DNA of 56,948 bases, counting the filler, from Streblomastix strix (Eukaryota): the NCBI GenBank assembly GCA_008636045.1. It is 3 parts of 3 records of this genome, joined end to end, with 100 filler letters (N's around TTAATTAATTAA, not from the genome) between each part and the next. Parts side by side here need not be neighbours in the genome. Positions count along the whole stretch, not along the records: positions 1 to 18,935 come from SNRW01000559.1; 2 more parts are not named here. The stretch is one strand, 5' to 3'. The translations under genes were made by a program, and so were the position numbers. This document shows positions 1 to 13,060 of the stretch, piece after piece. Each line of letters begins with the position of its first letter. Position 1 is the stretch's first letter. The notes below the pieces were generated by a model. That model was not told where the DNA came from and did no database searches. It was given only the letters and a program-made list of their open reading frames with translations.

Positions 1-489
1 AGAAAGTGTGTAACTGTGATTGAAATCTTGTACAATAAACAAAATGAGATCGTTAATTACATATATTTATATGATTCTGACAGTTTTCTCAAAAACAGCA
101 AGTGGATACAACAATATTAGCTATTATATCTCTAAAATTTTTCAACTTTTTCATTTAATCATCTGATTTGACTCTTATTCTTTCTTGCTTAAGTCCGCAT
201 ATATGTATTCAGTTGAGATTATCCAAATATCGAATTCTATTTTATCACAAATATCACTCCTTGTTATTAGTATTGCATAATGTCAGTTAGATATAATAGT
301 AATCAGCTTGCAACAATTTTCGCTTGTTGCGATATTCCTGAAAGCTCTACATTTTCAAACAGTAATTTTTTGGTTATTCTAAAATAAAGGATAGAAGTAA
401 ATAACATATAATATAAATAAACAAAATATAATTTATAATTGATTAGATAATTAGTGTTAAAAAAATTTTTGCGTATATATTATTATTAG

Positions 490-890
490 ATATATCAATA
501 AATGATAAATATCCACAATAGATCTATTTTGTATAAATATTAAGTTCAGTATTATATCATAGTGTAAATATAGAGAAAAACACACTTTAATCGTTTTTAA
601 AATCGTTAAGTGTATTGCATTATCTACATTTGTATATTTGTTAATTCAGATGAAATTGTTATGCCAAAGGAAAGATAAGATAGCATGCATATGTAATTAA
701 CAAATGAAATGATTGGGAAGCAAGAAATTTTTTTCCTCATATCTCGTCGAGGAGGGCGTGCCCCTTAGGTATGCCGTAATTAAAGCAGTTCTATAATAGA
801 TGTACATACAAAAAATGTAAAGTGCCCCCCAATATCATCGGTGGGGGGCGCTTTGACAGTCACGCCCTGTCAAGCATGACATCCCTATCA
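490..890. repeat. Interspersed repeat ending in two adjacent GC-rich hairpins; second copy at ~40738-41011
   Basis: Shared blocks such as gtaaatatagagaaaaa, catacaaaaaatgtaaagt and gggcgctttgacagtca. This copy has a ~120-nt extra segment. Confidence 0.8.
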
Positions 891-931
891 TAATCTAACA
901 AAAAATAACTTATTTTTTTTTATAACATAAA

Positions 932-2107
932 ATGGCAGAGAAGTATAGAATGAATAAAGCATAAGTTTAAAATTTACAAGATAAATTATCAGTTGTATAT
1001 CTATCCAATCGTACAGTAGTTGAATTAAGAAATATTATAACTAATGAATTGCATCGTTTTAATTATTAAGGTCATATAACTGTTACTCCAGAAATAGTTG
1101 CATTTGTAAATCAAACTGTTGCTGAAAGAAATGGTTAACAATAATAATAATTGATATAAGATAAATAACAGTAATAACCTCAACTTTAACCAATAATAGA
1201 AAAAGTTAGTGAATTATAATAATAATTGAGCACTAATGATTACCATTAGAAATATGCATAAATCTAATCATAACTTACTAAGAATATTGATGATACTTTA
1301 AAAGAATTGAAGTAAACTGATAATACTGATGAAAATGGAATATTTGATCCTGTTAAGTATAGAACTAATTAAAAATAAAAAATTTGATGAAAATAGTCAA
1401 AAATAAATTATATAATAGTTGTTTCGAGCATAACAGTAATTAACTAATTAGATACATTAATTACAAGAGTCATAATAAACAATAAACAGTATATTAAAAG
1501 AAGAATTTGATTTGAAGGATTAGATTCAATAGATAATTGAGATTATTTAGAATTATATTCAATTATTAGCTGAATAATAATTGAAACACTAATAAAAATT
1601 AGATCAATAAGAATAGTTACATCAATAAGAGATACAAGAATTGAAAGATAGAATTGAGAAATAGAATAAAGCAGCAATATTAATTCAAAAGCATTATCGA
1701 AGACATTAAACACAATAACTTATGAAATAATCAGTAAATGCTGCAAAGGTAATTTAAGGCAAATTACGAAGGCATAAGCTATACGAATAATTATAATAGA
1801 CAATCATTAATTCAAGATATAAGAGATATAGTGAAAGACCATTAAAATTCTCAAATATCTTGAAGTAAAATTAGGAGCTAATGAATTCAATAGATGAATG
1901 AAAAAGCTTAATAGTGAATATTTTGTATTACACAAAGATCATTTTAGTGAAATAGATGTAACAAAAACAGAATAATAAAATAAAAATCGAGCAATTGATT
2001 AGAATGCATTTGTTATTTTTACAACTTAAAATCTATCAGATTATTATGCTTCATTATCTCAAGCACGCAAGAAATTCTTAAGGAAAAATGAAATTTATAT
2101 TAAATGA
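932..2107 (+). pseudogene. Polinton-like fragment: Gln-rich coiled-coil ORF with two IQ-like motifs, followed by the start of a pPolB N-terminal-like region
   Basis: Table-6 frame from ATG 932 (aaaATG context), with a poly-A frameshift near 1380. Motifs AAILIQKHYRRH and AAKVIQGKLRRH. Homologous to the inverted copy at 13880-15520. Confidence 0.6.
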
Positions 2108-2128
2108 CCACCTGAGACATTAATATAA

Positions 2129-2954
2129 TGAAAAAATATATTTATTTTGATTTCATTTTTACATAGAGGTACATAAATTATATTTATTTTTTATAATTTT
2201 AATATATGCTTACTTGCACTCTAGTAAATTAACTTACAAGGACTTTTCAAGACCTTTGTAATTATATTTTTATTTCTTTTTTAATATTATTCATCAAATA
2301 GATTCAATTGTTGTTATCTACCAAAATGGACTTATTTACATTTATCTATCAAACGGACTTCCGTGTTGTCTTTCAACAAACAGATATTATTTTTAAACTC
2401 TATCAACAAAACATCTTTATTTTATTCTATTTACAAATAATTTTGAAGATTAAATAATTTAAAGTAAACGAAACTTTATTTTTAATATTTTGAATATTGA
2501 ATTTTGGTATTTCAAAAATAACTAAATCTTATTTTTCGCTAAAAAATATTAATTCTCCATATTTTTTTAATAAATAGTTTTAATTTCTTGTGGACAGAAT
2601 TTTGAATATTTTTATTTTTCAATTTAATTAATATAATTTTAAACAAATTTTGATAAAAATTTTATTAACGGCATTTATATAATCATACAGTAATTTATGA
2701 ATAATTTTCAAATTTGTTATATATAACTTATAAAATTCTTTATAGATCAAAGAAGTTAAAAAAGATTTTTTATAAATAAACGCATAATCTAAACGACTAT
2801 TTTATTCATATAACATTTACATAAAATTTCTAACAATTTATAAAAAAAGATGTCATTTTTTCAATAAATATTTTCAAATATTCCGACAAACTATCATTTT
2901 TTCATCAACAAACTTTTTTCTTTCTAATATTAGTTCAAATCTTTACTTAAATAT
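2129..2954. repeat. ~825-bp direct repeat, a copy of the region upstream of the mariner transposase (10465-11289)
   Basis: Long near-identical stretches, e.g. caaatagattcaattgttgttatctaccaaaatggacttatttacatttatctatcaaacggacttccgtg, in both copies. Confidence 0.95.
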
Positions 2955-2969
2955 TTCCCTTAGAACAGA

Positions 2970-5150
2970 CGATTTCCTGATTAAAATGAAAGTCATTCAT
3001 CCAATATCAAAGAAAGAATGATTTGATCCAGCTCCAGATGTATCGTTTGATGAAGTTGATAAAATGAGGAAAGCTGAAAAGGTATATATGAATGAATAAA
3101 TAAATTACAATTAATTTTTTATTTAAAATTTATATTATATAATATTTATTTTTATTTATATATTATGTAGAAAATGTAATAACTAGTCTTGAGAATAACA
3201 TCCTATAAGGTTATGTTCTGTACCGGGAGCTTCACTCCCTCCTTTTATTACGGGTGCGATTCCAATGTGTCGCAGTTTCCTAAAGAACAAGAGCTTGTCA
3301 AATGAGTACGCGAAGTAAAGCCAAGGAACGTCATTTCACAATCGACGAACTGCGCCGTTACCAACTTCGTGCAGACGCTATCGATGATAAACTCAGGAAC
3401 CACGTGCTGCGAAGCACTAGCTGCAAGGACTGCAAATTTGACATATCATGATCGGATTATGACGCTGAACTTGACATTTTAGTCAAATATTTCGACAATG
3501 AATCTTAAGAAGATATGAATATCAGCATTGGTAAACGAAGAGAGTCTGGAAAAATATAACAAATTTAGAATGAAGAAAGTCAAAGTTCCAACTAAATCCA
3601 GCAAACATCAAGCTTGTCCTCCCCACAACTATTACCGATGACCGCATAGAAAAGAAAAAAGATAGAAGCAATAAATATTAAAGCAGGAAGAGCAGCAGAA
3701 ATGGGAGTGTCCGATCAGTACCAACCACTCTGATTTAATTTTAAAAAAATATAATATGATTTAAGACGAACTAATGCTGGAGTTGCAAAATCTTCAGAAA
3801 TGCATCTTAGCTAATTTGTGCGAAAAATTTTTTGGATCGTGAGCCATCGGCAGTTTACATATGTTAATGAATTTTGCTTAATTTATTTTATTTAAATTTT
3901 ATTATTAGCAATATTAATATTTGTGATATTTTTAGGCACTGGCTCACGCGAAAACGAAGATTTTCTTTATTTTTTACTTTTCACTGCATCTAATATTTAA
4001 TTTTAGTTTTTTATGATAATTATTGTAAATAAACCATAAAATACAAATTATAAAATTTGATTATTATATTTATTTTGACAAAAGTGCAAATGCGCGAAAA
4101 TTAAAAAAATATTATCGCGAATCAGCATAGCATATATTATAAATTATCAATTTTATTATACAAAATTTTATTAATAAATACAAAGCATCAAATTCAATAT
4201 TAAATAATAAAAATAATTATATGAATGTTTTAAAAAATGGAAAATATAAAAAAAAATTATTCTCCATCGCTGGTGCCTAAAAATATCGCAAATATTAATA
4301 ATATTAATTAAAATATTTTTATAAAATAAAATAAATAAAATTCAGGAGCTTATACTACCTGACTCTGGATAGCGAACCAAAAAAAACTATTTTTCGATCA
4401 ACTTCGTCAAGGTGCATTTTTAAACATTTTACAATTCCAATTTTTTATAATTTTAAATCATGCTATATTATTTTAAAAAAAATAAGGGTTGTTGTTTGTG
4501 ATCGGATACCCCCAAATAAAAAACGGAAAGAAAAAAGAAAATTTATAAAAGATTCATAAAATTCTGATGACTGCTGACAATCGAATGAAGATGCAGATAT
4601 TGAGGTAAATGATGAAGACGATTCTGGAAAATAATCCTCATCAAGTCATAGCATGTCATCTGAATCTGAAAATAATAGAAAGCGATTCCGACTGGACTTA
4701 ACAGAAGATGTTCGCTTAAACTTAGAAAGGATAGGGAAAGAGAAAAAGGTAAACAAAAATATTGGAAGAATACTAACAAAAGCACTAGAAGATATAACAC
4801 GGAAGAACGGAAATAGTTCAAGCCGGTAAGATGGTTTCCAAGAGACATACAGAAAGAGTTTTTGAAAATTCAGTGGACAAAAACTATTGTGTAGTAAACA
4901 ATCAGTCCTAATGGAAAGAGTTTTAAAGAGCAAGGAGACAAATATGCAGATCTGTTACAGTCTGTAACTGCTACATAAGAATCAACTCTTGTTGCAATGT
5001 TAGCAGTAATTAATGAAGAATCAGAGTTTATAGTTCTGAAATAAGTTTATATCAATGCGACAATCACAGCTTCAATAGCTCAGAAGATGAGAGACATCCG
5101 GATTACTCATAGAATCAAAATACAAAGCATTAGCCTTTAGGCAGCCAACG
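2970..5150 (+). pseudogene. Decayed GC-richer ORF, possibly retroelement (DIRS-like) gag-type, interrupted by the MITE at 3703-4513
   Basis: Coding-like composition with scattered TGA and frameshifts. The frame can be rejoined across the MITE. It ends in the same terminal sequence as the remnant at 16155-16900. No diagnostic motif. Confidence 0.3.
3703..4513. mobile_element. Non-autonomous DNA transposon (MITE/foldback) with ~240-bp imperfect TIRs and a 4-bp AAAT target-site duplication, probably Sola-type
   Basis: Left end GGGAGTGTCCGATCA; right end (rc) GGGGGTATCCGATCA. The inner arms share attaatatttg(t/c)gatatttttaggcac. Flanks read gaaat|GGG and CCC|aaat. Confidence 0.85.
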
Positions 5151-5465
5151 TAGTTAACATCATTAAGTTATACAATAATCTACACTAATTCCTTGCACAT
5201 CTATAATCAAAATAATGATACGAAATAATTACCAAAAATGTTCAAAATTATTTAAAATGAATTTTAAATTTTCAATTTCTTTAGTAATGTTTAAATTATT
5301 GTTGTCATTTTTTTCTTATAAATGTTTAGCAGTATATAATATTAATTTATCATTTCTTTGTGAAATTTTATATTGTGGAACTTACAACGCGCTATTCATC
5401 TCATGTGATGATATTTACATTAATTGAGGATGAATAAATAAATATTTTCAGGCAGATTTTGGATC
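5085..5465. repeat. ~380-bp repeat with an inverted copy at 15761-16154; likely the terminal region of a retroelement
   Basis: High identity by eye. It produces the two near-identical spurious ORFs 5215-5427 and 15793-16023 in the track. Confidence 0.92.
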
Positions 5466-5699
5466 ATGTAATTAAACAAATGGTGATTTTCATTGTAGAT
5501 GACCATTTTTTGTTTTGTTAACTATATATAGCATATATAGTGCTGTTCCCTGATCTAGTTATTGCTCTCAAATACTCGCTCTAGGCTATGATACTGATTT
5601 TTTTACTTTTTTTTGCTGTTAGTAAAATCCAAATATATTATTTTAATAAGATCGATGATCTATTCATTTAAATTTATAAAACACATGTAAGTGAAGTGA

Positions 5700-6630
5700 T
5701 GGAACAATTAAGTCATCCAGAGATTCTTAATTTGATTTGCTAACTTCAGAGAATTTTAGACGATTTGGCACGGTTTCAACTCTTGATTAAAACGGTGAGG
5801 TGATTTTTTTCTCCTTTTCTGGACATGAAATAGTTGAAGAGAAAAGTTATGTATCTATGAAATGAAAGTGAAACTTTTATCTGAATCCCTTATTTGTCAG
5901 CTTATTCGCCATTTTAGCCAGTTTTGTACAATTGAACCTGTAACTTATAAATATAAATTTAAATATATATTAATTTATTATATTTATTAATATTTAAATT
6001 GTTTTCATACGTTAAAAACTTATACTGATTATTACTGCCAACTGCACGGCTTGCAATCAAGTCTGTCTCATTTTAAAAGAACTTTATCAACGAATCAATT
6101 TAGGAAAAGTCATACTTTAGGAGAATTTTTTTAAGTAACCGTAAGAAAAAACCGAATGCATTGTCGCATTCGTTTTTCCCATGAGATGGGACAAAGAAAT
6201 TTAAATCGAAAGTCAATCCTGCCCTAAATTTTAATTATTCGTTGATTAATTAGAATGTTAGTTGTTCATTATGGAAGTGTAGCCCACAGTCAGACCACCA
6301 CTTCATATAATTTATATTCTCAAAATCTTAATCAGCTAAAATTTGTTTAAAACATTTTAATGAGATTGATGCAGTATGTGTTAGGACTCTTGAAAATAAT
6401 GTAAATATTCTCTTAAAGGTTTATCCTTACGTGGGACGAATGCAGCAGATAAAGGAGATGCTGATTACAGAAATTTGATCGTAAAATTCCTTTCGCTCTT
6501 ATTCTCTTCTCTATAGAAGCTTAATATGTTCATTTTATTCTGCAATAATTACTGCATTACTTTGTTGAATGTTGTATATATCAGAACGCATTTGGTCTCA
6601 TTATTCTACAGTTTATCATTTGTGCATTAG
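5700..6630 (-). pseudogene. Sola(2)-type DDD transposase remnant, 5'-truncated
   Basis: Table-6 translation gives WWSDCGLHFHNEQ and FDLNFFVPSHGKNECDNAFG, with in-frame TGAs upstream and a probable intron at ~5938-6010. Confidence 0.7.
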
Positions 6631-6699
6631 ATACATTAAAAAAAAAGAATAAAAAGAATTTAAAATAAAAAAATAATAAGATGGTGATGAAAAAATAAA

Positions 6700-8340
6700 T
6701 GAAATTGTTTCAACTCTTTCTAATCAAGACATTCCTTTTGCTATTCAAACTTCAACTGAATTTATAAAAGAAAGCTCTGTTCTGAAGGAAACAGAAAATT
6801 AAATTTAGTTATGTGCAGAATGATGGAATTAATTTGATTTAAGCAATTGGAAAGTAGAAAATCTAATTGAATTAAATAGAATTGATAAAGAAAATAAAAA
6901 GAAAAATAGAAGAAGAAGACATAATGAAAGATTTAAAGAAAGAGGTTCCGTTAAAATGCATATGATTGGTATAAAAACGAAGGGTTGCCTAAGCATGATA
7001 GTAGAAATTCTGAGCAATCAGAAAATGGTTATCTTAATTCTGCTGAAATAATTTATGTTTAAAATTGAGCAGATTTTATTCTTCAAAGAATACTATTCGA
7101 TGACTTCTAAATGAGTAGTAACACTGCACAAAATCTTTCGTTTTATTGCAATTTTTAATTCTTTATTGAAAAATGAATGATTTACTGGAGTATGCTCAGG
7201 CTGTTCAAATCATTTTCAAAACTATTTGCTTTCGTACAAGTTTCATAATTGCAATTCAACAGTATAGCAGAAAAACTGGTTGAGTCATAGCAAAGCACAG
7301 ATCAGTGTAACGAGTGCAATAATGCAGATAAGATTTTCTAAAGGATATAAATTAAGGGTATTTCTTTTAGTCAGTTAGCTGTGACAGAATAAAGAACTTT
7401 GCTTCTCTGAAAAAATCACATATAAAGAGCTGAGCACCAATAAGATTAATTACAAATTCAAATTGCACCGCTATAATTGAATGAAGCAACGTTCTAGATT
7501 GATTGTAAAGAAAACTTCGCTTTGGGTATCGATCATGACGCCGATAGTATCAGTTTCTTCCATAGAGCTCCAGTCACTTGTATTGCTGCCGCAATTCATA
7601 AAAGGTTGGGACATTCAATGATATAAAAGAAAATGATTACGATACTCTCCTCTGTTCTTAATCATTCCGTCACTTTTTCATTATTATGTATTTGAAGAAT
7701 GTTTGGGTTAAATTTCCTTTTTGAAGTGGATTCGTCAAATTTTTGGTCCGATGGTGGGCTTCACTTCAGAAATAAAGTGCAAATATGGATCTTATTTAAT
7801 GAAGAAGATCTATTAGTCAAAAATGTAACATTTGAAGTCAATTACACCGAAAACCACCATGGAAGGAGACTGTCCGATTAATTATCTGATAACAACGATA
7901 CTGGATTGTAGCACAATACGCCAAAAGAAGAGATCAAATTACTTGCAAGTCTTTCTAACGAACTTCATTTTTTCACCTTATAACAGGAAACAGTTCATTA
8001 TGACCCGTCTAAAGCACATGAAATCATAATCTATTAAAAATACATTATATATATAATATAATATAATATAAATAAATATAATAAATATTCAAAAATATTT
8101 TTTGTTATTTTGCTTTATTTAGACAGACTGGATGTTGAACGGTTTGAACTTCATGCTGACTGTCTTGTAATCGAAGGATTTAAGAAATTTTTAAACTTTG
8201 TGGCAGATGAAGAGGATATTGTCGGCAGACTACTAATTGGAGTTCCAGATAACGAAGAAATTAGATTTGCAATGAAGAGTATAAGTAGACATGTAAAAAG
8301 TATTCTTAAGTGATCAACAGTTCCAGTTGCTGATAAATGA
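6700..8340 (+). pseudogene. Sola(2)-type DDD transposase remnant
   Basis: TDQCNEC, DCKENF (7501), FWSDGGLHFRN and YTENHHGRRLSD, with stops and frameshifts. Clearly homologous to the adjacent minus-strand copy. Confidence 0.7.
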
Positions 8341-9744
8341 ATCTTTTTATATGTTATTGTTAAAAAATTAGTTTACGTTCAATTAAATCTTTGATTGATT
8401 AATTTTTTTAAGAAATATATTTAAATATAATTTTAATAAGAATTTTTTTTTTAAATTTTAAACACATCAATCTTATTCCAAAACATAAAGATTCTTTATT
8501 TGAATATGATACAACTTATAATAACAATATATTAAATAAATAGTATTGGTGATGCTTTGGTTTGGAAATGTCAATGTTAAGAGTTTGAATGAGAAAATTA
8601 ACATTGATATGTCGACTAATAATTTATTCGTTCAAAAGTGAAAAATAAAAATTTTTATCAGATATGAACTAAAAAAAGTATGATTTGGCCCTTCGGACTT
8701 CCCCCTTAACTCCTATGGTTAAAACCAGGTGTTTCAAGAATTCGCTTACAAGGTTTAACAGCTCTATCCCAGAGGGAGCGCAAGCCTGAGTTCGAACCAA
8801 ATGCATGTTTAATTAAGTTCAAACTCCAAAAAAACTACATGATACTGGAGATTAATAGCTACATAATAGAGGATATCATAGAATGTCATTACTTATTTTA
8901 ATTTAAATTATTTTTTTAAATAAATAGTTTCATTATTCTTCCGATACATATTAAACAATCAAATCAGATTTTTCAACAAAATTTATGAATTAAATCTTCA
9001 ATTCATCTAAGTTGTGATTGAATTTAGAGTAAAATCAACAGTAGTTGCTTCTTCTAATCAATACAATTTAAATAATAAACAAGAATTTTTGAAGAATAAT
9101 AATAAACTAATTAATTTAAAAAAATATTCAAAATATTACTTGAAAAGGAATTAATTCTAAATTAACTTTAAAAATTAATATTTAAAATTAAATTGAATAA
9201 AATAATTTTTTAAATCCATCTAAAAAAAAAGATACAAAACTAAATTTAAAATTTTATTCAAAATGTATATAATTAAAAACTTAAATTATTTATTTAAAAT
9301 TAATTTTTTTAACAGTTTAACTAATTTAATGCTTTTTCCTTTATTTTATGATAATTTTCGTATTTTAATCGATTTTTAAGTTAAATTTATAGGAAACAAA
9401 TAAAATGGTCGAAAAATTAGAAAAATTTACTTATTAATTATTATGTAGTTGTTGAAAATAATTAGTTTTATAAAATGTAAGAACGAAATTGAGTTTATAA
9501 TTCGTTATAAAATAATTATTTATTTTCTTAAAAAGTTAAAAGATAAAATTATCTAAATAGAAAAATATTAGGCACAATTTGTAAATAATTTATTTAAAAA
9601 TATATATTAAATTATAAAAATAGCAAATTAAATTATGATATGTTCATTCAATAATTTAAAATTTAGAAATAGAGGTTTAGAAAAGTTCTTGCAAAATAAA
9701 ATTTTTCAGATCAATATTTTATTAATTTAATTTTTTTGTATACT

Positions 9745-10459
9745 GAGGCTATATATTTACCGCGCAATTAAAATATTATATTACTTCGTTTAATTCAATC
9801 ATTAATAATATCTTAGAGCTGTTTTTCTGTTTAATGTGCGAACCAATCATCTACAAATGCTTGAATTCTTTCAAGTGCTATGAATCTTTAACCATCAATC
9901 GATCCTTTTAGTTCTCTGACATGCTGGTTAACGAATTATGTACTGAACCCAAGATTCGTCAGGAGTCAAAATGAACTCAAAATGTTATTTTCTTGCTTCA
10001 ATTAGCCATTCTTGTATTACTAATGCTTTTTTATATTACAAATTATTTTTGTGCTTTTGTTCATTTATATGGAACCAATTTGTCAGTAACACAAACGTGT
10101 TTTAAAACGTTGTGCAAACAATCTAAAATTGTACTTTTGGAGTGGTGCAGCTCCTAAGCAATTTCAGTAGCAATATAACTAAGGTCTTGTACTAAATATT
10201 ATCATATTTCTTCAGTTAAGCCCAAAATAGGAGGCTTATCCGATCGATATTTATCCTATTTTGAGAAACCCTCACCTTCGAATTTATCGAGCCAGTCCTC
10301 CACTATCCTCTGTTGAACAAAGTTTTAGGAATGCTGTTACTCAAGGACTTGAAATACCTCATTTGGATTTTTATTAATCAACGAATAATGTTTAGTAAAT
10401 GCTCGGAGCTCAAATTAATAAGGTTAACGTGGGTTCAGCTCTATTTTTTGTTTTTTCAT
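9745..10459 (-). pseudogene. Internally deleted Tc1/mariner (mariner-type) transposase
   Basis: ATG 10459; HTH region (WLDKFEGEGFSKQDKYRSDKP); LVPYK (WVPHEL-like); ILTPDESWV (first catalytic D). It then jumps directly to the C-terminal LKGSIDGQRF...VDDWF. Confidence 0.85.
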
Positions 10460-10464
10460 AGAAG

Positions 10465-11289
10465 TGAAAAAATATATTTATTTTGATTTCATTTTTAAAT
10501 AAAACATATAAATTTTATCTAATTTTTATAATTTTAATGTATTCTTGCTAGTAGTCTAGAAAATTAACTTACGAAGACTTTTCGAGACTTTTGTAATTAT
10601 ATTTTTATTTCTTTTTTAATATTATTCATCAAATAGATTCAATTGTTGTTATCTACCAAAATGGACTTATTTACATTTATCTATCAAACGGACTTCCGTG
10701 TTGTCTTTCAACAAACAGAAATCATTTTTAAACTCTATCAACAAAACTTCTTTATTTTATTCTATCTACAAATAATTTTGATGATTAAATAATTTAAAGT
10801 AAACTAAACTTAATTTTTAATATTTTGAATATTGAATTTTGGTATTTCAAAAATAACTAAATCTTATTTTTCGCTAAAAAATATTAATTTCTCATGTTTT
10901 TCAATAAATTGTTTTAATTTCTTGTAGACAGAATTTTGAACATTTTTATTTTTCAATTTAATTAATATAATTATTAAACAAATTTTGATAAGAAATTCTA
11001 TTAACGGAATTTATTTAATCGTACTGTAATTTTTTAAATAATTTTCAAATTTGTTGAATATTACTTATAATATTTTTTATAGATCAAAGAAATTGAAAAA
11101 AATTTTTTTAAATAAACGCAATATCTAAACGATTATTTTATTTATATAGCATTTACACAAAATTTCTAACCAATTATTAAAAAGATGCCATATTTTCAAT
11201 AAATATTTTCAAATATTCCGCCAAACTATTATTTTTTCATTAGCAAACTTTTTTCTATATAATATTAGTCCAAATCTTTACATAAATAT
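10465..11289. repeat. 5' non-coding region of the mariner element (second copy at 2129-2954)
   Basis: Direct repeat of 2129-2954; starts a few nt upstream of the transposase ATG. Confidence 0.9.
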
Positions 11290-11399
11290 CAAAATATCAA
11301 AAAGTTTATATTTTACAAAAAAGATTGAAATAAGCTAGAATTAAAAAAAATAAATAATAGATAAAGATTAATAAGTGTAACATGAAGAAGAAGAATTAA

Positions 11400-12180
11400 T
11401 TTAATAATAGATACATTATTAGATTCTTTATAATAAATTGACTAATCAAAAGTTGATGGTAAATTCAAATCTGACTTATTAACTAAAGATTATAAATATT
11501 ATTAAAATGGTGATTAAGAATATATCACAGATGAAACTTTAAGATATGAAAGATTCATGAATTATATTTAAAGATAAACAGCAAAAATTCAAAAAACATA
11601 GTAAAAATAATTTGTATTACAAACCATTTCATCTGAATCGCTTTCACTTCATAATATTTCAACTTCATTCAAATATTTAACACCAAATAAATTGAAATAA
11701 CTTCTTATTGAATCTGAACCTAAATTATAAGAAATACCAACTTTATTATTAGTATATAAGCTTCATCGTGAATTATTTCATGAATCTCTTTCAATGCCTT
11801 GGAATTAATTAATTAAAGACTTATTTTTAGACATGCTTGAAAATGCGTAACACTTAAAAGATGCAAATATTCGATATGCAGCTTTAGAAAATCTATAAAA
11901 ATTTTGGGCTGAATCATTATAATCAAATAATTAGGTTAACTAGAGTTATCTTCTGTTGACTTTTGGGTTTTTTTGGAATATTCAAATGAATAGGCAATAT
12001 CAGTTTTGGCGGGTTTCTCTGCAGACTTATTTTCAACTTCATCTCAAGAAGCTGATGTTGAAAAGGCGTTTAGTATTATTTCTCGCATTGTTGGTGATTA
12101 GAGGGACAGTCTTACAGATGATAACATTTTATATTTTACATCAATTGCAATATTATTTAGATAAAAATTAAAAAAAATGA
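11400..12180 (+). pseudogene. C-terminal part of a hAT transposase (dimerization domain)
   Basis: After a frameshift near 11940: DFWVFLEY...LFSTSSQEADVEKAFSIISRIVGDQRDSL, matching the hAT P-S-A-x-E-R-x-FS pattern. Confidence 0.7.
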
Positions 12181-12399
12181 AATTAATTAAAATATATTTA
12201 TACTATTAAAGTTATTATATATTGTTTAATAAATTAAATATTTAATCATACAATTAATTACATGAATCTCTCGGAACTAAGAAATTATCTCTCTTTTATT
12301 ATGTAAAAGATAAAATATTATTATATAAAGTAAACGATCTTTCTAATACACTTCCAGCTTCAGTAACTGTATTTCTTGCACATCTTTCAGCTAATGATT

Positions 12400-13060
12400 A
12401 CCAATACTCTAATGATTCAGATAGTGCTATTGTACAATTAACTAAACTACTCTCTTAAATAAATAACTTCAACACTTAATCGATTAATATCTTATTTTAT
12501 TATTCTATTGGATAATGACGATCTTTTATGTTCAGATCCTTCTCTTCATAAACTACCTTTAATTGGTAATGATTTAGTCCTCAACGTTAAATATAATTCA
12601 TCGTTCCATAATCTAATTGTATTATCACGTGAATAACAAGATAATAAAAATGGATCCCTATTCTATGCACATCTTAATGAATTATGCTCAGTATGAATTG
12701 TTAAGCAATTAACAATATTATATTTATCTAAATCAAATATACGTAATATTCATTTATCTGAAGTTGCAAGAATATGATAATCATCTTGTATAAATGCTTA
12801 TCCAAATATTATATTTTGAATATTCTTATGATTATTTATGTTTATTTTCAGATGTAATTTCACTTTATTAAAATAGAAATTTATATGATGCAAAGAAGGT
12901 TAATGATAACATTCCAATTGTATGCATATGAGTTGTTGTTGGCGTCTTTTAAGAAACATTCCATAATTTAATAACATCAACATTTCACTTGCTGTTACAA
13001 AACAGTCAGGTTATTATATAATACATACAACTGATTTAATACCTGTATATTCATGATCGT
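12400..13060 (-). pseudogene. WD40-repeat protein remnant
   Basis: PDCFVTAS..DVIKLWNV, ILRIFDL and PFLLSCYSRDNTIRLWN, with TGA stops and frameshifts. Confidence 0.6.
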
